NCBI GenBank assembly: GCA_002189035.1
Contig: NEEC01000014.1
Location: 434,001-498,000, forward strand
Direction: 5' to 3'
Source: Utricularia gibba
Lineage: Eukaryota; Plantae; Magnoliophyta
DNA length: 64,000 nucleotides
Shown: positions 54,639 to 64,000 of the stretch, one piece after another
Position numbering within the stretch: the stretch's first letter is position 1
Layout: each line of letters starts with the position of its first letter
Notes under the pieces: model-generated
Seen by the model: only the letters and a program-made list of their open reading frames with translations
Told to the model about the DNA's origin: nothing
The model's database searches: none
Position numbers and translations under genes: made by a program

Positions 54639-57600
54639 TCAGAGAGGTTGTGGACGCGTCTGTACGATGAAGATGTCTCTGCCAACCAAGCAGCCTTCCA
54701 CGTCTTGTGGACACCCGAACTTGAGCTCCAAGAACATGCCGACGGCAGCCAGCCGGCATCCCAACTGTTGCCGGAACACCGGGTCCGATGTCAACCGCTT
54801 CTTGCTGTAATCTACAGTGAGCCGTACAACGTCGCCGCCTCTCCGCGGGACCATCTCCTGGCTGAAGTTGGCAAACGCCAGCGTCTCCACCGTTCCATCG
54901 AACTTGTTGCTGGAGAGTCTCCAGGGCGTGCCCCTTGTCCCGGAGGCAAGGGTTTCCCCGAGCCCTGGTGCGATCTCGGCCTCCACCACGTCGGAGTTCT
55001 TGTTCGTCGGGCTCTGCGTGTGGAGCACGAAGGAGAGGTCCGGGGACAGCATTTCCTGCACCAAAACCGCCATAGTTGCTGCTTCCTGTGGAACACCGGC
55101 TGCTCTGCGACTCAAGACCGCCCTTCTGGTGTACAAGGAGGCCCAGACACTGCTTGTGGCTTGACCGAAGGCCGTCGGATCACACAGGCGGACGTTTGGA
55201 ATCGATTCATAGAGGCCGGCAGCCGACATTCCGGCCAAGTCTTCCACGTTTGCACTCGACCGAACTATGAGTCCTGTGGTATCAGGAAGCAGCTCGGACA
55301 AGTTTTTGATGATTTCTTCTGTGGGACTCAGGGAAGAAATGAGCTTCTGCAGTTCACCGCAAAGCCGATCAAGCTCTCCGCCGTCTATTTCAGCAGTTTC
55401 TATCCCTTGCACCAGTGATCTGTAAGCCTCTACCAACCCCATCTCCTCCAACGCTGCATCCATCGAGCCAAAGGGTAAAACGGCACCTCTGGGGACCTTA
55501 AATGATGCGGGGACTCCAAGATCATTGTAGACTTTATCAGATTCAGCAGCCAACAAAGCCAGGCGACCACAGGCTGTGGCTTTTGCACCAGAGGTTTGTG
55601 TAGCAGCATCTTCCATCGGTATGACAACCTGAATGACATTCTCCTCCAACCATGTTGATGAACAAAGACATGACTAGAAAACAATGAAACCCAGCTTCAA
55701 GATTGTTAACTTGCCTGATTGGTTATGCTACCAGGGCCTTTTGCAGCTACAGAGAAAGTGGATTCTCGTTCTGGGCTTTTGTCACCAAACGTTGGAATGC
55801 TCTTTTTGGGGATTTCGGTTGGAGCGAGACCAACGCCTGCAGGTGATGCGTCTAGTCTGAACGTGATACGGACAGAAGGAAAGAGCTGTCAGTGCGGAAC
55901 AAGAACCACAAGGCCATGCAGAACCAAAAGAAAAAATGCACAAGTGAAACCACCTCACAAATTTTCCGATCCACATTTTGATGTCGGAGAGTTTCAAATC
56001 ATCTTCACAAGTCACGAACACAACCTTTTCCTGTCATTAAGTTTAGATGTTCACAAATGCTTTTTGAAAATAAAAACAGGAGCTGATTTATCTTACTTGT
56101 CGAGCACGAACACCAAGATGAGATAAGTGTGGTAGCTCCTGCTTTAGTATAATTCCAGCAATGTTCAACCCAGCAGCAGTCACCTAAAAGGCGACACAAA
56201 CTCAGCTTCCATGCATTTCAGCTTTAAGATGTGCATAGGTTTACATGTGAATTGAAAATTTAAACTGAGACAAGTCTTGAAACCTCTTCATCTCCATCAG
56301 CTTTGTCTACAACAAGAATTACTGGTCCTGTTATGGATGGTGGCACAGAGCCAGGAACTATGTTTTGCACCTGACGTAAAAATAGGAATGGTGTCAAGTG
56401 TCACCAAACTATGATACCGCTATAAATACATTGAGTGGTTCCAGAAATTTCATACAGTACCTCGACGAGATAACCTAGAGCTTCACCAGGGACAAGAATG
56501 TCCCAACCTTCAGACCCAAGAACACTTCTACAAGCCTTCAGAAGAAAGGTGGTCAATTTGGAGACCTGAAAGATTACACTGCATTTGGAAATGGCATATG
56601 AGATGAGTATACAGTCATAACTGTGTAGCCTCATAAAAATGGTCATCACCTAGAGCGAATCTCTGCTTCTGCATATGTCCTTACTGTGTTGTCTGGAATC
56701 CCGAAAGCTTTTCCCAGTACCTGCATTTTCCGTCCATAAGCTCTTAAAAGCAACATTTGGAGCCACCCAATATTTTTACCTGAACCCTTTTAGGAAAAAC
56801 ATTAAGAAGGGCTTCAGAGTATTCCTCAATAAGCCGTTTTGATCTATCAAGTGTAGCCTTAATCCTCAAGGCCCATATTCTTTTACCATTTTCACTGCCT
56901 GGAGTTATGTCAGAGTTACAGAGAGTGGCAATGCCAGATCGATAATATGAATATAACATAGAGCTACAATAAAAACCTTCATTGTCAATAAGGCCTTTCG
57001 CTTGCCAAGCTTTGAGCTCACATTCAATTGCATTGCATTCCTCCGTTTTGCAGCGAGATAAGCCAACTTGGCGAATGCTGATCACTAGAGCTTCAAGAGC
57101 ATTGTTCCATGAACTAAGATTTTCTTTTTCAGCACTCTCTACCAGCCATTCAACTCCCCCGGCAGCTTCAATTGCATTAAGAAACCTGTTGAGAGCGCAC
57201 AGATGAAGTCCAATAATAAATTTCATTTAAAAAGAATCATGAGAATCCAGGCTTAGAGATCCATACCTGCTGAACAGAACAAACGCATAGTCCTCGAGGC
57301 CAATCTCAGAAAGTCGCCACTAAAATAGAACAATGGTTGGATGATACACAACCGAGGAGAAACAAATTGAAAACAATGTTACCTTTTGCCGCATTGCAAT
57401 AGCAGAATCAGGGGCATCGTTTCTGAGCCCACTTTCAAGACCTTTGGCAATTTCTTGGCGAAGATTATCCAGGGCTTTTATTGTGTTCATCAATAATGTA
57501 ACATTTTCAGCCTCACTAGTCCCGTTTATCTTATCCAGTTTCTGAAAAAAAAAAAACATCAACCACATTATCAAAGTGTGGTCATTGAGTCTTGAATAAT

Positions 57601-59599
57601 GGTATCACTTAAAATCTCATTACCCTTGCAACCAAAATGCTCAAAAAATGGATGAGTTTGGATATCACATAAAATGTCATTACCTTTTTTGACTCCAGGA
57701 ATAATGGTATCACTTTTGAGCTCGGGTCCATTGAGTCTTGAACAGATTCCAGTTGTTCTTCCAGACTTCAATGCAGATGAAGAGTAGTTAGGATCAACAA
57801 ATGAATGCCAAAAACAAGGTCTCATACCTTGCAGCATTAAAGAAATCTTTGAGTTCTTGATGAAATATCTTGAACTGTTCGATGAAAGCTTCACTATATA
57901 CTCCAGGCTGCTGGGTTATTCTAGCAAGCATAGCTTCCGTAGCAACCAAGTCTTCAGGGCCAGCATTCCTATGAAGCTTGTTCTGTATTGTATGCTTGAT
58001 TTCTTGCTAGAATGTGGTAATGCACTAGATCAATAACACAATAGTTTAAAAACAGCTGAATATACTAAATCACTTGCTAGACCTTGAGATCATGAGGAAT
58101 ATCATTCCTGTGAGCAATATCACGAATCCTTGTTAATGGAACTGATGCTGTAAATTCAGCCTTGAAGGATGGTAAACAAGGATGGATCTTTCGGATAACT
58201 AGTATTTCCTGAAAACCTCAGACAACTTAATATACTACATCCCATTTTAAATAGAACCGGTACATAAGTCAAATGCTTATTTGGGACAGGTACAAGAGAT
58301 GACCTGAAGAGAGATATCTTTCCTGCTGTATATCCTCTCCAATTCGCAAAATATGCTTCGAGAAATCTCTGCATGCTTGTTCGGCCTGTGATGTCCCCCA
58401 TCTTCAAAGCAAGGAATTTGTCCTGTGTTTATCCACTACAGAACACAAATTTGAAATCATAACATGCATGCTTAGTGAAGCAGGAGGGAATATGTGACAA
58501 AACCTTTAAATAAATAGCTGAATAGGTGAGAGCATCCAAGCGATTTCCATTCCCTGTGTTCTCCACCAGAAGTTCTCGAACAACTTCAAGCTTACAGACA
58601 CAAAGGCACAAAGCAGCGACAGGAGTTATAGACTAAGTAGTAATCACTCCATCAAAATTACTAAAATGCTTATGTGAATCATGGACAAAAAATATACCTT
58701 CCGCCACCAGTTACGAGCACTGCGATCACCTTCCACTAAATTTAAAGTGATACCTTCAAGATCAGTAGTGTCCCAATACCCCTTCTTTTTGGCATCTATA
58801 TGATCCTTTGCACGAACAAATGAGACATCCATCCCTTGCCATTGCTCCACAAAGGCACTGGTTGAACCAACCTCATCTATTACACTCTCAGTTGCATTCC
58901 CATTTTCAGTTTCTTCTTCATCATTTCCCACTTCAACCTTTTCTAAGGCCAAGAACTGCACCTCTTCATCAGTTTTGTCCCAACTACAGACAACACTAAA
59001 GCTTCCCTTCTCAGGTAGCTTCAATATCCGATTCACACCACTTTCCCATACTAACTTCTCTTTATCCTTCCCTATTACAACGAACTTATATTCGATTGGC
59101 TCGTTGACAGTTTCCAGTTTCAAGTCACAAACCCATCCGTTCTCAGTCCAATGCATCATTACCTTTTCCTTCCAAAGTCCTAATTCTTTAACTGACCCCA
59201 AAATAGCAACATGCTCCCCAAACTCGACTTGGTGGACCAGCCTGAATCCTACTTCCACCTTACCAACATTATTCTTTTTCAATTCTTTCTTTGTTTCACC
59301 TTTCCTATCATCAAGCAACAACTCACCCCAATCAAAATTATTGTAATAGATAAAGACGAATAGGAAATGAGGAAACTTTACCAGGATTCGACTGAGGATA
59401 CAGCAAAAACTCTCATCACAGAACCCCTTTTGAGGGGTCTGCTAGAGAAAAAACCAGAAAATCTTCTGTGGGGCTTGGGATTCAAATTCTGCACTCTAAC
59501 AAATCTTGATTGGTGCTTATTTTGAACGCCACCTGAATAATTTGAACAAGCCCTGTAACCAGACCGTATATTACTGGACAACGTAAAAGAATAGTCCAT
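54639..59599 (-). CDS. PWD: Phosphoglucan, water dikinase PWD/GWD3 (CBM20 + PPDK-like domains)
   Basis: CBM20 [18 protein letters not shown]; [12 protein letters not shown]; [18 protein letters not shown]; [22 protein letters not shown]; [15 protein letters not shown]; ends [23 protein letters not shown]. Confidence 0.96.
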
Positions 59600-60280
59600 T
59601 GCCAGCAGAAGGTTTCGGGTGAAGATCTCTGAGGTGAAAATGAAGATATTTCAGGGAAGAAGCGGACACGTGGAGGGAGATAATGGGGACTGGCTCATCA
59701 TTCCATGAATGATCAATACAATACTCATTCTAACACAAATCTCGAAAACCGACTCTGGCGAACATCGAACAAGTGTGGGGCTTCGCTTAAAATAAGAAAG
59801 ATTCAAGATTCTCGATCCTTGAGTATAGAGAACTAACGCAGAAAACTCGCTCTATCAACATGGGTATCAGGAAGGACCCCTTCTCAGACAAGGATGTTCC
59901 TGTTAATGGAGACAAGTGCTGCATTTCTCCATTTTTCCATCCTATTTTTCTACAAAACCGAATAAAATTCCCAGTACGCTATAATCGTGAGAAATTGCGG
60001 AACCAAAACCTGTTTAAAATCCCACTAACTACAAAACTTGTTCTTGATCTTACAAAAAAAACACAAGAAGAAGAAGAAGAGGCCCCCAGCTGGCACTTAA
60101 CCACAGCTTGTTTGAGCTGATTACAAATTTGGGCCTTCAGGTGAGGCCCATTTAATAAAGCTCATCATTTTCCTTTTTTCCTGACAGTGCAACGCTGTTT
60201 TCCAAGATCTGATAGGATAGTTGCTAGTCCTGTGTTTGATGGTTTCAGAGAAAGAAGGTGCCTGATGTTGATAAATGAAT

Positions 60281-60682
60281 TCACCTCAAATGTCGTGGCC
60301 ATGAATGATCTGCTGCAGCATCTTCACCGGTGTCTTCAAGAACCAGTTTAATTCCATTGTTCCTCATTGCATTAACGACTGCCCACACCTTTGTGCTGCT
60401 TTGGAAACCTTTTTTGCTGATTTCCTTGTTAACATCAACGTATATGCCCCTTCCTTGTCCCTGATCAAGCCCCTCAGTTCTCAATCTCATTGCCAGAACT
60501 TCTCCAACAACAGTTGCCGCTTTTGCATTGCAAGTGCGCCCACATTCAAATGAGCGCTTCAAATCATGCTCCACTGTTGAAGCACTGGCTAATATTCGCC
60601 CGTTGTTTCTGTCTACGACATTTGCAGTGATGTACTTCAGAGATATGAACAGTTTCAACACGTAGCGCTTCAGCAACGTCAT
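60281..60682 (-). CDS. uL18-like (ribosomal L18p/L5e family) organellar protein; coding part intronless, probable 5' UTR intron
   Basis: RYVLKLFISLKYITANVVDRNNGRILASASTVE...CNAKAATVVGEVLAMRL matches the uL18 fold motifs. A GT donor at about 60940 on the minus strand fits a 5' UTR exon. Confidence 0.88.
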   Translation of the reverse strand: MTLLKRYVLKLFISLKYITANVVDRNNGRILASASTVEHDLKRSFECGRTCNAKAATVVGEVLAMRLRTEGLDQGQGRGIYVDVNKEISKKGFQSSTKVWAVVNAMRNNGIKLVLEDTGEDAAADHSWPRHLR

Positions 60683-61264
60683 GCTTCAACATTCAAAAAT
60701 CTGATGCGTCCATTCAACATAACAAAAGAGGTTAATCCACTCGACAATAGACAGAATTGGGTGATTTTCTAAAACCCAGAACTCATGAGAACGAAGGTAC
60801 CATTTTTTTTTTTTTTTTGGTCAGAGACACAACCGGCGGGATTCTAAGGACACAGAAAAAGATGCAAGCTTTAAGTCAAAGAAGAGAAATTTGCATTCAC
60901 GAAAGCCAAGCAAGAAGCTGAGAATTGAGAAGAGAAGCGTACCCTTGGCAAATGAAATGAATCCGAGGGTTTCCTTCGAGTTTCTTCCCTGATTTTCTCA
61001 TTTGAAATGTGTTATGTGGGATTGTGGTTCGCCTCGCTAAGCCAAAGATTGGGCCTTTTGAATACCGAAAGACCATTCCAATGGCTGGTGCCATACTGGG
61101 TGGGCTTTTTAGGTACCCAAAATGACTGTGTGAGTGTGAAGGGGTGAACTGGGAAGTGCCACGCATCAGACAAACTCCATCCAGTCAATCCCTTAATGCA
61201 TTTCTTGTCTGAATCACAAGGGACTTATCATCGATCGATTTCTGGTGATTTCAGTAACGTAGAG

Positions 61265-61949
61265 ATGCTGGCGAAGTCTCTGGATTCCCCTGCTCTAATA
61301 CTTGATTGCAGAAGCATCTCCTTTTCTCATGTGAGAGTCCCTTGTTCCCTGTCTTCATCAATTGCTCCATGCCCTTGTAACTTCCACAGATCGAAAATCA
61401 TGCCCTATGCTGATTCTACTGCAGCCTCATCCTGCAAAACTGCTCACTTGTGGGACACCCTTTCCATTTAGAAACTTGAAGTCGTTCAATTCTGCTGCTG
61501 GAGCACAACATGCAGTTGTTGGCGAAGAAGATACGGGAACATGGGAAGCTTGCAAACAAGCTCTGTATTCGTATGGTCTTCAAACAGAGGAGGAACAGGA
61601 AAATGTTCTTAAAAAGGCTTTTGGTTTGATTCACTCGCCTTATTGGGGCGAGGAGAGGAAACCGCAGTTGCCTGATCTTGATTCAATGGCGCAAATTCTG
61701 AGTTATCTCGAGGAACTGGGCCTTACCCATGATGATCTCAGCAAGCTCCTTAAGAAATTTCCTGAAGTACTTGGTTGCAGTCTGGATAATGAGCTCAAGG
61801 TGAATGTCCAGATTTTGGAAAAGCAATGGGGAATCGAAGGGAAATCACTGAAAAAGCTTCTTATGAGAAATCCAAGAGTTTTGGGGTATACAATTGACTG
61901 CAAGGGAGACTGCCAGGCACTGTGCACTCGATGCTGGGCAAGGTTTTAA
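61265..61949 (+). CDS. Short mTERF-family protein with Cys-rich C-terminus (At4g09620/mTERF12-like), 2 exons
   Basis: An intron at 61331-61424 keeps the frame. The protein contains KAFGLIHSPYWGEER, an mTERF-like repeat DDLSKLLKKFPEVLGCSL...LLMRNPRVLGY, and ends DCKGDCQALCTRCWARF*. Confidence 0.82.
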
Positions 61950-62118
61950 AGTTCCTGATTTCTTCTTGTCACACATTTGTGTTGATTTCATAGATGCAGC
62001 CAATTTTCTTAAACCTTTGTTAAGTATATTGAATTTGGATGTAGCACAGAAAAAAAAAAGTACATTACTTTGGATTAAACACAAGGATTGAAGCTCCGGA
62101 CAATACAATACTTGGTTC

Positions 62119-62591
62119 TCATGGACACTTCAGCTTGTTTCCATGTGTTTTGAGTTGAGCGTAGCAGGGGCATTGAGCTTTATTACCATAGGTTCCTGAG
62201 GGGACACAATTGCACTGTGCACAGCAGCTAAGGCATGCCCGGTTGCAAAGCTTGCCTCTTGATGACAAGACACATCTTTTCGAGCAAGCGAAGTTGCAAT
62301 CTACACTCAAAAACTGGAAACTTTACGAAACAGGCAAGTTTATTCATTCTTTAATTTGTATAGTTTGAGTTTGAGATGGAGTCAACTAAGGAGAGAATGC
62401 TCACTGATGGGACGAAATCCTCCAGATTTAGCTCTTCCTATTGCATCTTCTTCCTCAAATGCAGCTACATAAGCCTGCAAATTGCACTTGGATCATAAAA
62501 AACGCCGCTACAGAAAACGAACTACCCCCTTTTCTCATACAACCTGGATTATGAAAAGAGTGGCCAGAAACAGAACCAAGAGCTTCTTCAT
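62119..62591 (-). CDS. GASA/Snakin cysteine-rich peptide, 3 exons
   Basis: Signal peptide MKKLLVLFLATLFIIQ, short acidic exon, then a 12-Cys GASA domain CNFACSKRC...CNRACLSCCAQCNCVPSGTYGNKAQCPCYAQLKTHGNKLKCP*. Confidence 0.95.
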
Positions 62592-63312
62592 TGCAGTAGA
62601 TGAGATGAGATTGGGAGACAACTCAACAAGCAGCTGGTTTATAAAGACAGCCCCTTGTTTAATGAAACTGACAGTGAAGAGAATGAATTACTGCTACTAC
62701 TGCTGTGTGATCTGTGGATCTTGGAAATTAAAGGCACCACCCCCACAAAGTTGTTGCATTGTGGGAACCCCTGCATTATGAGGGGGATCTTTGGAAATTA
62801 GTAGCGCCAGCTTTCGAGCCACAGCTGTGTTGATTCCTATGCTTTGCACAAGTCGTAGGGTCCCCTACCTCACAAACTTAATTCCCTTTTTCTTCAGTCA
62901 TCCCTCTACACTCTCTGCTATTCGGTCTCATTCTCTTTGAGCACCGACACTCTAGAACACCCGAAATGTTCTATTCGATTTGTTCTCAAACCTTCCTACA
63001 GTAATAATCATTACGATGTCTCATTGTAATGTAACTGTAAACTGTCATGATGTCCAGCATAAAGCACATATGCTCTATAAAAAACCGACACTACCTTTAC
63101 TTCACAAGAAAATGAGTACATACTAATCTATGTATTTTTTGATCAGCTATATGATTAGGGTGTCAACTAATTTCTATGATGCCAAGTCGGGTTGAAGCTT
63201 GTTCCTAAAAGACAAAAACTTTCTAGAAATAAAAGCAGAGCAGTATTGTTCTGACAGAGGGAAGCATCTACTGAGATAAAGAGAAAATAAAGGTTCAATC
63301 TTTTTCTTGCTT

Positions 63313-63962
63313 CTAACCCTGAAGAGCATCCGCTAAGTTGAAGTTCAAGTTCCCTCTCATCGTTCTAGCTCCGATTCCTTTGTTACCTTTGCGCATCATG
63401 GTTGCGAATTCTCCGTAGTCTATGCGTCCATCCTGCCAAACAGAATATTAATATTTTGTATAGGGAAGCAGAAGCACAGAAAAAAGGCTAACATGGTCTG
63501 TGTCGATCTCATTGATCATTTCATCCAAGTGAGCGTCTGCAAGGCCGAAATCTTTGCATGCTTGTTGAAGTTCGTCGATCGTAATGTATCCGCTTCCATC
63601 TTTGTCGAAAAATGTAAAGGCAGCAAGCAAATTCTCTTCCCTTTCCATCTTGTTCATATGGAGAGTTGCTGCTAGGAACTCTCCATAGTCTATTGTTCCA
63701 TTGTTATCCACATCTGCCTGCATTTGCACACAAAGGCTGAGCACCAAAGAAGTGATATCGTTTGTGAGAAGACTGTAAAATAGTTCATCATTACCGCTGC
63801 CATGAGTGCCTTGATCTCAGATTCCATCAGGTCTGATCCTACTCTTTTCAAGCCTTGTTTTAGCTCCTCAAAAGTGATGGTGCCGCTGTTATCGGTGTCA
63901 AGCATCTTGAACAACTGCCTCAATCCTCCAATTTCTTCTTCCGAGAGCCGTTCCGCAATCAC
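63313..63962 (-). CDS. Calcium-dependent protein kinase (group I, CPK4/11-like), last 3 exons only; 5' part lies beyond the window
   Basis: [33 protein letters not shown] plus three further EF-hands ([30 protein letters not shown]|DGRIDYGEF), ending [12 protein letters not shown]. Confidence 0.95.
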
Positions 63963-64000
63963 CTAATACATTTCCACTCGTCTTCATTGATGTCACAAGA

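Noticed and set aside
61196-61470. Apparent frameshift between ORFs 61196-61471 and 61362-61949 in the mTERF-like gene
   Set aside because: A 94-nt GT-AG intron (61331-61424) joins them in frame, so no sequence error is needed.

Overview
Eukaryotic nuclear DNA from a flowering plant (eudicot; Lamiales-like is only an inference). It is very gene-dense, with about 21 intron-containing or intronless protein genes in 64 kb and mostly short (~70-100 nt) introns. In order: EAF6, a frameshifted cupin, LSm3, a Dof factor, a DUF218-like protein, MEX1, ADH, SEUSS, RIO1, a TOM1-like protein, ALDH3, WAT1/UMAMIT, an OSBP-related protein, MYST HAT (HAM), VPS9a, a GT31 galactosyltransferase, PWD/GWD3, a uL18-like protein, an mTERF-like protein, GASA/Snakin, and the 3' end of a CDPK. 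Non-coding features are a tRNA-Leu(AAG), a candidate independently transcribed box C/D snoRNA cluster at ~13.1-13.4 kb on the minus strand (invisible to the ORF track), a hAT-type MITE with an 8-bp TSD upstream of WAT1, and a decayed L1-like remnant. Three otherwise conserved genes (Dof, ORP, cupin) are broken by one-base shortfalls in homopolymer runs, which suggests consensus-sequence errors rather than true pseudogenes. CDS coordinates are outer start-to-stop limits from manual splicing. Family assignments rest on remembered motifs, not database searches.
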